64,000 bases of DNA from Armatimonadota bacterium (GCA_039679675.1 JBDKUN010000003.1:1-64000), one strand, 5' to 3'; positions 50,904 to 61,496 are shown, numbered from the stretch's first letter. Notes: generated by a model from the letters alone, not told the origin. Numbers and translations: made by a program.

Positions 50904-51088
50904 ATGGTTAATTCAACCTCAAAAAATGCTTCGCCTGCCTGTGTTGTTCCACAGAAAAAAGCACCATTTAAATTACTTCGACATGTAACTCAGCTTTACC
51001 TCCTTCAGTGAAATACGCGAATCCTTTTTGGTACGTGTCAAGTTATATAAAAATAGGATATACTGCTCTAATGCTGTGGTTCTGTGGT

Positions 51089-51117
51089 TTGACGCAGCAC
51101 GGACTCGGATTTATAAT
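51089..51117 (+). promoter_or_regulatory. Sigma70-type promoter for PBP1A
   Basis: TTGACG-N17-TATAAT. Confidence 0.65.
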
Positions 51118-51156
51118 TCTAAAGTGCGATAGACTGCATGGAGTAAAAAACAGCTG

Positions 51157-53409
51157 ATGGTAAATCAGGTTAGAGTTAATAATAAGGGAAGACTCAGGCC
51201 CGGAAGGCGGGTCAGCAAGCTGCGGAGGCTGGTAACACAGCTGCAGGCAGGTGTGCTGCTCATGTTCTGTGTCGGCATAGGCGGAACGATTGGGTTTGTT
51301 GTCAGTGTTACACACGAGCTTCAGGATGTTACCAATTACAGCCCTCATGAGGCATCAAAGATATATTCCAGCGATAATGTCCTCCTCGCCACGTTCGGTG
51401 AGGAAAACCGTGAGTTTGTCGAACTCAATAAAATTCCCAAGGACCTGATCAATGCCACTGTTGCGATAGAAGACAGGCGGTTTTACGAGCACAGCGGCGT
51501 CGACCTGCGGGGTATCGGGCGCGCGATCGTCAAAAATATCCGCGGCGGACGGATGGCCGAAGGCGGGAGCACGATCACGCAGCAGCTTGCGCGAAACGTC
51601 TACTTAAGCCCCAAAAAAACCCTGAACAGAAAACTCCGCGAGGCGGTTCTGGCAGTAGTTATCGAGCGCAACTACACCAAGTCCAAGATCATAGAGCTTT
51701 ATTTGAACCAGGTCTACTACGGTTCGAGCGCGTACGGTGTTGAAGCAGCGTCCAAGATATATTTCGGCAAGGATGTAAACAACCTCAAACTGTCGGAGTG
51801 CGCACTTCTGGCCGGACTACCTCAGCGGCCGTCCAGTTATTCACCTCATGTCGACCTGGAGGCCGCGGTCAACAGGCGCGATGTAGTGCTGAACCGCATG
51901 GAAGAGCTCAAATATATTTCACATGAGCAGTGCGAGAGGGCAAAAGCCCAGGTTCCGCACATAATGCCGTTGAAACCGACAAAATACAGGTCGAAAGCGC
52001 CGTATTTCACTGACTACGTCAAGAAATACTTAAGAGACCACAATCAGTTCGGCGATGACCTGATCGAACGGGGCGGGCTCAGGGTCTATACTACTCTTAA
52101 TTACAAGATGCAGGTTGCGGCGCAGAGAGCCCTGACAGACGGAATTCGCAGTGCAAGACAACGCGGCCAGATGAGCGATACCAGCGGCAACGGCGCACTC
52201 GTCTGCATAGAGCCATCTACCGGATACATAAGAGCGATGGTCGGCGGCGAAAATTACGAGGAAAACGAGTTCAACAGGGCTGTCCAGGCGGAACGCCAGC
52301 CGGGAAGCTCGTTCAAAGCATTTGTTTATACTGCAGCGGTCGACAAGCTTGGATGGGACGCCAATCACAGGCTGCCGGGCGGCCGTTTTACTTATGTAAG
52401 CGATACCGGAGTCAGATGGTCGCCTAAGAATTACGACGGCAGGTATCCGAGCAATTTGACGATAAGGCAGGCAGTAGCCCGCTCGGTCAATGTGGCGGCT
52501 GTACAGGCGGCTCTTCAGGTCGGGTTGAATAATGTTATCGACTATGCACATCTGCTGGGAATAAAGTCCGAGATCGAGCCTTATCCGGCGCTGGCAATCG
52601 GCGGGATCAAGGGGATCAGGGTGCTCGAAATGGCATCTGCTTACGGAGTATTCGCCACGGGTGGTTACTATGTCGAGCCGACACCGATAGCTAAGATAGT
52701 CGACAGTCGCGGGCAGCTTTACGATGAGGATTCCATAGAACGTAAGCATGTTCTCGGCGAGCGGACGGCGAAGGTTATGGATGAACTCTTCCGCGGGGTT
52801 GTCACGTCAGGAACTGGCCGTACTGTAAGCAGCATAGCCGATGCCCGCGGCAAAACAGGCACTACGAACGACGGCAGGGACGTTTGGTTCATCGGTTATG
52901 TCCCGAACAAGCTCGTAACAGCCGTCTGGGCAGGAAACGATAATAATCTGCCGATGAGACATGTCTCAGGAAGCGGTGTTTGCGGCCCAATCTGGAAAGA
53001 GTTCATGGGAACGGCGCTGAAGATTCATAACGACAACCACCGGCCGCATGTAACCACCAAGGAAAGTCCTGCCGAAGATACCGGCACCACAGTGGAGCGG
53101 AGCCGCCCGGCGCGAGATAATACATCAACGGAGACCGATACTAACGACAGCGAGGATGATCAGCCGGAGGAACCTACTCTCCATACCGTACGCGTAAGAA
53201 TATGTAATGAGACGGCTCTTCTGGCGACCAGCGCTTGCCCGGCTACACACACGGAAGTGTTCGTGGAAGGCAATCAGCCCACAGCATACTGTAATGTTCA
53301 CCACCCCAAGGGCAACTCGACGGGCAGCACCGGATCAGGAACTCAGCAGGAAGGATCGGACAGAGGTCTCAGAATGACTCCGCCGCCGCCAATGTCACCG
53401 GACCATTAG
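51157..53409 (+). CDS. Class A penicillin-binding protein (PBP1A family)
   Basis: EDRRFYEHSG, GGSTITQQL and RKLRE; transpeptidase SSFK, SVN and KTG; C-terminal C/C/C/H module. Confidence 0.94.
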   Translation: MVNQVRVNNKGRLRPGRRVSKLRRLVTQLQAGVLLMFCVGIGGTIGFVVSVTHELQDVTNYSPHEASKIYSSDNVLLATFGEENREFVELNKIPKDLINATVAIEDRRFYEHSGVDLRGIGRAIVKNIRGGRMAEGGSTITQQLARNVYLSPKKTLNRKLREAVLAVVIERNYTKSKIIELYLNQVYYGSSAYGVEAASKIYFGKDVNNLKLSECALLAGLPQRPSSYSPHVDLEAAVNRRDVVLNRMEELKYISHEQCERAKAQVPHIMPLKPTKYRSKAPYFTDYVKKYLRDHNQFGDDLIERGGLRVYTTLNYKMQVAAQRALTDGIRSARQRGQMSDTSGNGALVCIEPSTGYIRAMVGGENYEENEFNRAVQAERQPGSSFKAFVYTAAVDKLGWDANHRLPGGRFTYVSDTGVRWSPKNYDGRYPSNLTIRQAVARSVNVAAVQAALQVGLNNVIDYAHLLGIKSEIEPYPALAIGGIKGIRVLEMASAYGVFATGGYYVEPTPIAKIVDSRGQLYDEDSIERKHVLGERTAKVMDELFRGVVTSGTGRTVSSIADARGKTGTTNDGRDVWFIGYVPNKLVTAVWAGNDNNLPMRHVSGSGVCGPIWKEFMGTALKIHNDNHRPHVTTKESPAEDTGTTVERSRPARDNTSTETDTNDSEDDQPEEPTLHTVRVRICNETALLATSACPATHTEVFVEGNQPTAYCNVHHPKGNSTGSTGSGTQQEGSDRGLRMTPPPPMSPDH

Positions 53410-53479
53410 GCCAAGGCAGGTTTTGACAACGAGAAATTTAAGAGGAAGTTTTAATTACGAAAAGGTATGAGGAATGAAG

Positions 53480-53533
53480 GTTGAGTGGCGGAAACTTCCG
53501 CCACTCAACTCCTAACCCCTGACCCCCATCCCC
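53480..53533. repeat. 14-bp hairpin followed by heptamer-like C-rich repeats
   Basis: GTTGAGTGGCGGAA-AC-TTCCGCCACTCAAC, then TCCTAAC/CCCTGAC/CCCCATC. Confidence 0.55.
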
Positions 53534-53557
53534 TTTCTGTATATTGTTGATATTCAT

Positions 53558-55393
53558 ATGCTTACTCCACATGAAGATAGAATGATTCAGCGGAACAGGA
53601 TGAAAGGGTTTGCGATCCTGTGCATAGCCCTTTTCGTCATCCTGCTCGCGAGGCTTTGGTACCTTCAGATAGCATCAGGGGCATCACTTCTTGCGGAATC
53701 GGAAACGAACCGCAGGAGACTGATCCGTGTCCGCGCGCCCCGCGGACTCATCCTGGACAGACATGGGAAAATACTTGCCACCAGCCGCCCGCAGTTTGTC
53801 GTGCTGGCCGTTCCGGAGATGCTTGCCGAAAACCCGGCGGCTTTTACTACGCTTTGCAAAGTGCTCAATGTTTCTAAGGAAGACCTGCAGGCGATCATGC
53901 GGAAGGATCGCGCTGTCGCATACGCCCCGGTCAGAGTGGCCATAGATGTCCCGCTGGATGTAGTTGCCAAGCTCCAAGAGAGAAAACCGATACTCCCAGG
54001 CGTTACAGTCGAGCTCGACCAGATCAGAAGTTATCCTGATGGCCCGGCATTTGCTCATGTTCTCGGTTACATCGGGGAAATCAACAAAGAAGAGCTGGAT
54101 CGGCTGGATAGTTCGGACATAAATTACAGGCCGGGGGATTATGTCGGCAAATCCGGCGTAGAAAAGGAATATGAATCGCTCCTTCATGGCATGGACGGAG
54201 GCCAGGAGATAGAAGTGGATGCCCGTGGCCGCACGAGGCGCATGCTTGATGACAAAGGGTCGGTTCCGGGGCACACTCTTGTGCTCACGATAGATAAAGA
54301 CCTGCAGTTGGCCGCAGAAAGGACTATGGCAGGGAAAGTCGGCGCAGCTGTCGCGATCAATCCGCAAAATGGAGAGGTTTTGGCGATGGTCAGCAATCCG
54401 AGCTTTGACCCTAACATATTCGTAAAGAAAGTCAAAGTCTCGGACTGGAACAAGATTATCGGCAATAAGTCCAATCCGCTTCAGAACCGGGCTGTAGCAA
54501 ACAAATATCCGCCGGGTTCTACATTCAAGCCGATCACAGCGACCGCGGCACTCGAATACAAGGTCGCGACTCCCAACACGAGCCTATATTGTTCGGGCGG
54601 CTACCGCTTGGGGCGGGTTTTCCACTGCTGGAAGCGGCATGGGCGCGTTACGTTCACGACCGCCATATCCCAGTCATGCGATGTGTTCTTCTATCAAATG
54701 GGCCAGCGGATGGGGGTAAACAAACTCGCCAAGATGGCCAGGTCGTTCGGTATAGGGCACGCTACTATGATCGACCTGCCCGAAGAGGCTCCGGGGAAGG
54801 ACGGTTCCAAAGGCACGATGCCTGATGAGGAATGGAAGAGAAAACGGTTCAAACGGCCGGATATGCAGAAATGGTATCCAGGTGAGACACTTCCGGTAGC
54901 TATAGGGCAGGGTTATGTTCAGACGACGCCGCTGCAGATGGCACTCGTAGCTGCAGCAGTTTCGACTTCGGGAAAGATGTACCGTCCTCATGTGCTTTTT
55001 GAGGTGAAAAACCCGAACGGCAAAGTGATAAAGAAGGTCGCAAGGCGTTTCGAGCGGCAGGTCCCTGCGTCAAGTGAAACATTCAAAGCTGTCCAATACG
55101 GTATGCGCCAGACGGTAGTCGGGCCCGGAGGGACCGGCAAAGTTGTCAACCTGGAAGGCGTTTCCGTTGCAGGAAAAACCGGATCAGCGGAGAACTCCGG
55201 GGCCGCCCATGCCTGGTTCATCTGTTACGCGTCTACAGAAGACCCCAAGATTGCAATCGCCGTCATAGTCGAGCATGGCCGCCACGGTGCATCTGCCGCA
55301 GCACCCGTTGCACGGGCAATCCTGGATGTATACTACGGGAAGAAAAAGGTCTCCGACATCAAAGCATCCTCAGCCCACGTAAGTGGTGACTAG
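53558..55393 (+). CDS. mrdA: Penicillin-binding protein 2 (class B)
   Basis: APRG-x-I-x-DR, GKSGVE, STFK, SCD and KTG motifs. Confidence 0.94.
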   Translation: MLTPHEDRMIQRNRMKGFAILCIALFVILLARLWYLQIASGASLLAESETNRRRLIRVRAPRGLILDRHGKILATSRPQFVVLAVPEMLAENPAAFTTLCKVLNVSKEDLQAIMRKDRAVAYAPVRVAIDVPLDVVAKLQERKPILPGVTVELDQIRSYPDGPAFAHVLGYIGEINKEELDRLDSSDINYRPGDYVGKSGVEKEYESLLHGMDGGQEIEVDARGRTRRMLDDKGSVPGHTLVLTIDKDLQLAAERTMAGKVGAAVAINPQNGEVLAMVSNPSFDPNIFVKKVKVSDWNKIIGNKSNPLQNRAVANKYPPGSTFKPITATAALEYKVATPNTSLYCSGGYRLGRVFHCWKRHGRVTFTTAISQSCDVFFYQMGQRMGVNKLAKMARSFGIGHATMIDLPEEAPGKDGSKGTMPDEEWKRKRFKRPDMQKWYPGETLPVAIGQGYVQTTPLQMALVAAAVSTSGKMYRPHVLFEVKNPNGKVIKKVARRFERQVPASSETFKAVQYGMRQTVVGPGGTGKVVNLEGVSVAGKTGSAENSGAAHAWFICYASTEDPKIAIAVIVEHGRHGASAAAPVARAILDVYYGKKKVSDIKASSAHVSGD

Positions 55394-55413
55394 TAATCTG
55401 TAAAGTTGATTGC

Positions 55414-55513
55414 GTCATTCAACCCGTATTTTCTGCGAACAATACGGGCTAGAACGCAGTGAAGAATCTCAAAATGTCGGACGGTTGAGATCCTTCGCTT
55501 TGCTCAGGATGAC
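55414..55513. repeat. REP-like inverted element with a nested hairpin
   Basis: GTCATTC[30 nt hairpin]AGAACGCAGTGAAGAATCTC...GAGATCCTTCGCTTTGCTCAGGATGAC. Confidence 0.65.
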
Positions 55514-55550
55514 ATGCTATTTATTAATATTCAAGTTAACTAACCACTGA

Positions 55551-57080
55551 TCAGATCTCTCCTCCGATGTCCTGTCCTCCTGCTGTGGCTGTACCCGGTT
55601 CTGTAGGAGCGGCCTCTTTTCCCGCCCAGAAATCTTTTATGGCGGCACGTTTCTTTTCTGCAAGCGTCTCGCTCAGTCCTACCCAGTAGATTTCCGGGTT
55701 TATCAGCCTCTGCATCTCTGCCGGGAGTGATTTCAACTGCGATTTTGCATAGGACTGAATTTCGCTGACGGATTTTCGCTTTATCAGCCTCTTTCCATTT
55801 TTCATCACCTGCTGGAGCAGCGGACGCCGTTCATAAGCCTCCCGGAATGCCCTGGTGCGCTCAAAGACCATCCGGTCGTGAGAAATAATAGCTCCTACCG
55901 GTCCGGCATCTTCGTTTTCCAGGAACATTACGTCGCCGAGCATCTCTCCTTCGGGAGAATAAAAACGGTAAGGCATTTTGACTCCGGGGTCCGTCGTTTT
56001 TTCGGCATTGTTCGATATCTTCATTTTGATGTCCCAGCCGCTTTCTTTAAAAACGGCAGAGAGCTTGTACACGCCGCCCAACGCAGGCTCGTCTCCGCCG
56101 GTCACCAGCCTGGTTCCGACGCCCCACGAGTTTACTTTGGCCCCCTGGCGTTTCATGTCCGCGATCAGATATTCGTCGAGCTCGTTCGATGCCACAATGA
56201 GCGGGTCGGGGAAACCGGCTGCTTCCAGCCTTTTGTGAACCTCCTTCGAAAGCTTCGCAATATCTCCTGAATCGAGCCGCACACCTGCACGGACCGGCTT
56301 TCCCCCGGCTCTCAGTTCGTTCAGTGCAATGATGGCGTTCGGTACTCCGCTCTCAAGGGTATCATAGGTGTCCAGAAGCAGGACGGGGTTCTGGGGAAAC
56401 GCCCGGACATAAGCTCTGAACGACTCAAGCTCGGTGTCGAACGCCATTACCCAACTGTGGGCGTGAGTGCCCATCACAGGGATGCCGAACAGCTTTCCCG
56501 CTATCACGTTGGAGGTCGAACGCGCGCCCCCGATGTAGGCTGCCCTCGATCCTGAGATTCCTCCATCCGGTCCCTGTGCCCTTCTTAAGCCGAACTCCAC
56601 TATTGGGTCACCCTGCGCTGCAGCAGTGCAGCGTGCGGCTTTGGTAGCGATCAGCGTTTGATAGTTCAATCTGTTCAAGACAAGAGTTTCGATTATCTGC
56701 GACTGAGCAAGCGGGCCGTGGACCCTGCAAATCGTCTCATTCGGGAAGATAAGGCTCCCTTCGGGTGCGGCATATACATCGCATTTGAACCGGAAGTCTT
56801 TTATCGCCTCGATAAACTCTTCCGCAAATATCCCAAGCGAACGCAGATACTCCAGATCGTCCGGCGAGAAATGAAGCTCTTCCAAGTCGTCTAGCAGCGG
56901 GTCCAACCCGGCCATGATAGCAAACCCGGTGTTGCGAGGAAGCCTGCGGAAAATATACTCGAAGACTGCCTGCTGGTCTTCCATACCGGAATCGTAATAG
57001 GCCGCCATCATGGTCAGCTCATAAAGGTCCGTAAGCAGTATATTGCTTTCCCGTTTCAGATCGTCGCCCATATTTAACAT
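55551..57080 (-). CDS. pncB: Nicotinate phosphoribosyltransferase
   Basis: LTDLYELTM, EFGLRRAQ, GTHAHSW, LDTYDT and RLDSGD motifs. Confidence 0.95.
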   Translation of the reverse strand: MLNMGDDLKRESNILLTDLYELTMMAAYYDSGMEDQQAVFEYIFRRLPRNTGFAIMAGLDPLLDDLEELHFSPDDLEYLRSLGIFAEEFIEAIKDFRFKCDVYAAPEGSLIFPNETICRVHGPLAQSQIIETLVLNRLNYQTLIATKAARCTAAAQGDPIVEFGLRRAQGPDGGISGSRAAYIGGARSTSNVIAGKLFGIPVMGTHAHSWVMAFDTELESFRAYVRAFPQNPVLLLDTYDTLESGVPNAIIALNELRAGGKPVRAGVRLDSGDIAKLSKEVHKRLEAAGFPDPLIVASNELDEYLIADMKRQGAKVNSWGVGTRLVTGGDEPALGGVYKLSAVFKESGWDIKMKISNNAEKTTDPGVKMPYRFYSPEGEMLGDVMFLENEDAGPVGAIISHDRMVFERTRAFREAYERRPLLQQVMKNGKRLIKRKSVSEIQSYAKSQLKSLPAEMQRLINPEIYWVGLSETLAEKKRAAIKDFWAGKEAAPTEPGTATAGGQDIGGEI

Positions 57081-57217
57081 GATTCCCCTTTATAGCAAAT
57101 AAATATTTGCCGGTTCTTAATGCAGGAATTATAATTAAAGAACTGTAAGAAGTTATTGGTTCCTCCAGAAGAAATACATCGTTAATTTCTTGATAATTGG
57201 AGGAGGTGATCCTGCGT

Positions 57218-57913
57218 TTGCGTAAGGGCAAAATCCTTATAGTTGATGACGATGAGGATATCCTGCGGCTTGTCGGCGGCGCGCTCAAGGTGCGGGGGTA
57301 CGACATAGTTACCGCCAGCACGGGTGCTGGCGGAGTGGCATTGGCCGTAGCCGAACAGCCGGACCTGATTATCCTCGATATTGAGCTTCCCGATATGAGC
57401 GGCACAGATGTCTGTCAGCAGATCCGCCTTACCAACCTTGTACCGATTCTGTTTCTTACCGTGAGAAGCGATGAGACCGATGTCGTACTGGGCCTCGGGG
57501 TCGGCGCGGACTATTACGTCACAAAGCCGTTTAAGGTACCCGAGCTTATTGCGGGGGTAGAAGCTGCGCTTCGCAGGGAGACGGTCTACGCGGAGCGGAA
57601 AAAGCATCGCAGCAGCATATCGGTGAAAGACCTTCAAATCGATCTCTCTGCCTTCGAAGTCCGGAAGAAAGGTGAGCCGGTGCAGTTGACGACTACCGAG
57701 TTCAAGCTGCTGCAGACGCTGGCAGAACATCCGGGCCGCGTGCTTACGCGCGATCAACTACTCGACTGTGTCTGGGACCTCAGGGCGGAGGGCATCTATA
57801 CCCGCACGGTAGATGTTCATATCGGACGCCTCAGAAAGAAGATAGAGGATGATCCGTCTCGACCTCAATACATCGTTACGGTAGCTGGACTTGGCTACAA
57901 GATGCCTGGTTAG
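57218..57913 (+). CDS. OmpR/PhoB-family response regulator
   Basis: VDDD, LDIELP and KPF; wHTH LTTTEF and RTVDVHIGRLRKK. TTG start after GGAGGTGA. Confidence 0.94.
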   Translation: MRKGKILIVDDDEDILRLVGGALKVRGYDIVTASTGAGGVALAVAEQPDLIILDIELPDMSGTDVCQQIRLTNLVPILFLTVRSDETDVVLGLGVGADYYVTKPFKVPELIAGVEAALRRETVYAERKKHRSSISVKDLQIDLSAFEVRKKGEPVQLTTTEFKLLQTLAEHPGRVLTRDQLLDCVWDLRAEGIYTRTVDVHIGRLRKKIEDDPSRPQYIVTVAGLGYKMPG

Positions 57914-57916
57914 ACG

Positions 57917-58303
57917 ATGAGACCTCGCAAGATACTTATAATCGAAGACGATGCCGAGATAAGGTTGATCCTCGATATGGCTCTCAGATATTCCGGTGGT
58001 TTCGAGCCGATCTTGGCCTGTGACGGCGTCGAAGGGGTCGAGACAGCCCGGCGGGAGAAGCCGGACTTGATATTATTGGACGCGCTGATGCCACGGATGG
58101 ACGGTTATGCCGCCTGCAGGCTCATCAAACAAGATGAATCGCTCAAAAACATTCCCGTTATCTTTCTGACAGCTAAAACCGGCCGCAAAGAGATAGACCG
58201 CGCCATCCGGGCAGGGGCCTGCGGTTATCTTACAAAACCGTTCGACCCGCTGCAGCTTGCTGCCGAGATCGACAGAATAGTCGAAGGAGCAGCGGGAACA
58301 TGA
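57917..58303 (+). CDS. Single-domain response regulator
   Basis: IEDD, LDALMP, FLTA and KPF motifs. Confidence 0.92.
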   Translation: MRPRKILIIEDDAEIRLILDMALRYSGGFEPILACDGVEGVETARREKPDLILLDALMPRMDGYAACRLIKQDESLKNIPVIFLTAKTGRKEIDRAIRAGACGYLTKPFDPLQLAAEIDRIVEGAAGT

Positions 58304-59958
58304 CATCAGGACGGGATGCGAATGATCCTTTGGTAGTTTCCGATGACCTCGCTGTGGCTGACAGGTTGAGCATCATAGATAGGCTGCTTGAGATCAGCGA
58401 TGTGATAATAAGCGAAATGGATCTATCCAGCGCACTTCAGATGGTGGCGGAGTGTGCGGCGGACGCCGTCAAAGCCGAATCGACCGCCGTGGGTCTGATC
58501 GACTGGAGTACCAAGGAGCTTCATTACGTTCAAGGGTTCGGCGTATTTGCAGACAAAATCACCGGTGTAAGGACCCCGCTCACGAAAAGTATCCGCACCC
58601 TGGTTTCGAAAAGCGGAAAGCCTGTAGTCATAAACGATGTTGCCGCCGACGAGAGGGTTCCTCAGCGTGTAATAACCGAATGGGGGATTCGCTCGCTCCT
58701 CGTTGTTCCCTTGAAGGTGCGAAAGAAAGTCATCGGCGCGCTTCTGGCTGCAAACCGCCACGGCGGGCCGTTCGCGGTCCGGGACCTGCGGGCATTCGAA
58801 ACCATAGCTAACCATGGGGCCGCCGCAGTCGCCCACGCGGACCTCCACACGAGGGCAAGGACGGCTTTTTTACAACTGGAGAAAGAAAAGACCAAGATCG
58901 AAGCGGTACTTGCTCAACTCGGGGACGGTGTCGTAGTCAGTGATGCCCGAAACAGGGTGATAATGGTAAACAGCACCGCCGGAAAGATCATTGGGCTGGC
59001 GCATGAAGACATTCTTGGAAGAAATCTGGTAGATATTCACCCGAAACCTTTCCGGCCGGAAGTCAGGGCTATTCTGGAGCAGCTATCCCGTTCAAAACCG
59101 GCTGCCGGATTGTTCTGGGAGCAGAATATTAATCTGCCCGACGGAAAAGTGGTCCATATCAATATGCGCCCGGTATTTCTGAAAAGCGGAGTATTTGTGG
59201 GGATAGCATCGCTCCTGCAGGACATAACCGATAGCGTAGCTCTCGATGAAGCGAAGACGGAGTTCATATCGACAGTTGCCCATGAGCTCAGGACGCCGCT
59301 CACATCGCTCAAGGGGTCGCTGGGACTGGCCCTCGGCGGGGCGGTCGGAGAGATCAACCCAGGGCTGCGCACGATGCTCGGTGTCGCGGAGAACAGCTGC
59401 AACAAGCTCATACGGCTGGTAGACGATATGCTCGATATGGCAAAGATCGAGGCCGGGCATCTGAGTCTTGAGATGGACATTATCTCCGTTCAGGAACGAG
59501 TGAAGAGCGCTGTCGACCGGATGCGCCAGTTTGCAAGCGAGCGGCAGGTGTGCCTTTCTGTTAAAGTAACTGGCCGCCAGCACAAGGTAATCGGCGATGG
59601 AGACAGGATAGAGCAGGTCGTGATAAATCTGCTCTCGAATGCCATAAAATTTTCGCCTGCAGGGGCTTCCGTAGAAGTCACGGTCGGCCGTAAAGGCAGC
59701 TGCGTGAAGGTCAGCGTGACCGACCACGGGCCGGGGATCGCGCCCGCCGAGCAGAAGAAGATATTCGAAAAGTTCTATCGGGCAGCGGGACAGGACCAAC
59801 CGAAGACAAACAGCAGCGGGCTCGGGCTTTCTATCAGCAAAGGGATTATCGAGCAGCACGGCAGCAGGATAAGTGTGAAAAGTGCTCCCGGAAAGGGCAG
59901 TACATTCAGCTTTGCGCTGTCTATACCTGGTGAGGAACCATGTTTATCGAATGAATGA
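58300..59958 (+). CDS. Cytoplasmic sensor histidine kinase (GAF-PAS-HisKA-HATPase)
   Basis: AHELRTPL, NAIKF, DHGPG and GLGL motifs; no TM segments. Confidence 0.93.
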   Translation: MTSGRDANDPLVVSDDLAVADRLSIIDRLLEISDVIISEMDLSSALQMVAECAADAVKAESTAVGLIDWSTKELHYVQGFGVFADKITGVRTPLTKSIRTLVSKSGKPVVINDVAADERVPQRVITEWGIRSLLVVPLKVRKKVIGALLAANRHGGPFAVRDLRAFETIANHGAAAVAHADLHTRARTAFLQLEKEKTKIEAVLAQLGDGVVVSDARNRVIMVNSTAGKIIGLAHEDILGRNLVDIHPKPFRPEVRAILEQLSRSKPAAGLFWEQNINLPDGKVVHINMRPVFLKSGVFVGIASLLQDITDSVALDEAKTEFISTVAHELRTPLTSLKGSLGLALGGAVGEINPGLRTMLGVAENSCNKLIRLVDDMLDMAKIEAGHLSLEMDIISVQERVKSAVDRMRQFASERQVCLSVKVTGRQHKVIGDGDRIEQVVINLLSNAIKFSPAGASVEVTVGRKGSCVKVSVTDHGPGIAPAEQKKIFEKFYRAAGQDQPKTNSSGLGLSISKGIIEQHGSRISVKSAPGKGSTFSFALSIPGEEPCLSNE

Positions 59959-60307
59959 GATGAGCGAAGAGAAATTTGGAGTAAACAGCGATTGGCTGAT
60001 GGATGTGCGGCGGATTTACCTCGCTGGGGCATCGAGAAAGCTGGCCGAGTTGGAGCGGGCGATACTTGGGCTCGAAATGAACCCTGCCAGCCACGCCCAC
60101 GAGCGCCGGCTGCGGCAGCTGCTGCATAATCTCATCGGTTCCGGGGCTTCTTATGGATACCCGGCTGTTACGGAGACTGCCAGGGAAATGTCCGGCTGCC
60201 TGAAACGGCGGCGGGATGACCAGTCCGCCGCGGACTCAGAGATACTGGCCGACCTTCGCGCACTACTTGGCAATCTGCGAAGGATCTTCAGCGACGCTGA
60301 CGCCTGA
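59951..60307 (+). CDS. Stand-alone Hpt-domain protein
   Basis: LHNLIGSGASYG (H-x-L-x-G-S); helical; overlaps the kinase stop codon. Confidence 0.75.
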   Translation: MNEMSEEKFGVNSDWLMDVRRIYLAGASRKLAELERAILGLEMNPASHAHERRLRQLLHNLIGSGASYGYPAVTETAREMSGCLKRRRDDQSAADSEILADLRALLGNLRRIFSDADA

Positions 60308-61486
60308 AAGCCGGAGAAACTGCCCCATGTCCACCGGCATAGGAATGAGCTTCAACCGCATTTGGACCGTCTCGGTCCCGCGCAGCACTTCGATGGATAC
60401 CATCTGCCCCGGACGCTGCCGGGCCAGGATGTGTGCGAGACTGTCCGATGAGCTCACCTGTTCACCTGCAAAGTTCAGCACTGTGTCACCTGGTTCTATC
60501 CCCCGCCTGCTTGCGGGTGTGGCAGGATATACTTTGCTTACCCGCACCATTCCGCCTGAGTCATACGCCGCAAACCCTGCCCAGGGCGTCTCGTAGTTTT
60601 TCAAAAACTCTCTTATATCTACACCAGTCGCTCTTCTCACGGCATGGTTAAGCCCCGCTCCGCCCGGAGCAGGCTCTTTGGAGAGCTCCTTCATGATCCG
60701 CTTTACCGTATCATCCCCGTACCTGTTCGTAAGCTCGACTATGAGCCCTGCAGCGGCATCGTACCAGTCAGGATCATCTTTGTCACAGTTCGCCCACGAG
60801 AGCAGGCGTTCTCTTACGGTGTTGAGTTCAGGGTAGAGATTTCCCGGCATCGGTTGTCCGAGAAGATACTGAGCGTAATCGGACGTCCCGTCACGGAACC
60901 ACCTTGCGCCGGTAGGGACACAGAAAGGCCCGGTGTAGAGATCGGCGAGCACCAGGCCGGACCGCTTTCGAGGGGCGATCATAGAGGCTTCGGTCATCTC
61001 GTGCGCTATGATATGGGACCATCGCATGTTCGGCCCTGTTTTGCTCACAGGTACCGGAAAAGTCAGCTTTCTATTTCGTCCGAGCTTGACGGAATACCTG
61101 TATCCGCCCGCTTTCGGCTCTATCCTGACCAGCTTGAGCACAAGATCAAAGCTCCACTCGATCCCAAGCCTGTCTTTAATGAACGGATAAGCCTTGTCGA
61201 ACTGCCCGGCAAGCTCTTTCGCAGCCACATCGAGCCCTTTGGGATATTCGACCGTAACATGTCCCCGAACGACCTTATCTTCGTAGGTCTCCTGCTCCAT
61301 CAACCGGCGCATATCGGTCTTGCCGCTGCCGGTAGTCATTGTCATAACGCTTTTGACAAGTCTCAGGTGGATGTTATGGTACTGCAGCGACGAGCAGAGA
61401 CGCCCGGCAGGTTTGCAGCCTGCGAGGAGCATCACAGCAACAATTGCCAGGGGGATTGATTTTTTCACGAGTGCTTTCGCTGCCAC
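60263..61486 (-). CDS. Putative lipoprotein with a peptidase-like (HEMTE) region and C-terminal PDZ domain
   Basis: Lipobox LLAGC; IIAHEMTE...WFRDG; PDZ VYPATPASRRGIEPGD. Confidence 0.75.
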   Translation of the reverse strand: MAAKALVKKSIPLAIVAVMLLAGCKPAGRLCSSLQYHNIHLRLVKSVMTMTTGSGKTDMRRLMEQETYEDKVVRGHVTVEYPKGLDVAAKELAGQFDKAYPFIKDRLGIEWSFDLVLKLVRIEPKAGGYRYSVKLGRNRKLTFPVPVSKTGPNMRWSHIIAHEMTEASMIAPRKRSGLVLADLYTGPFCVPTGARWFRDGTSDYAQYLLGQPMPGNLYPELNTVRERLLSWANCDKDDPDWYDAAAGLIVELTNRYGDDTVKRIMKELSKEPAPGGAGLNHAVRRATGVDIREFLKNYETPWAGFAAYDSGGMVRVSKVYPATPASRRGIEPGDTVLNFAGEQVSSSDSLAHILARQRPGQMVSIEVLRGTETVQMRLKLIPMPVDMGQFLRLSGVSVAEDPSQIAK

Positions 61487-61496
61487 TGACTGCTAA

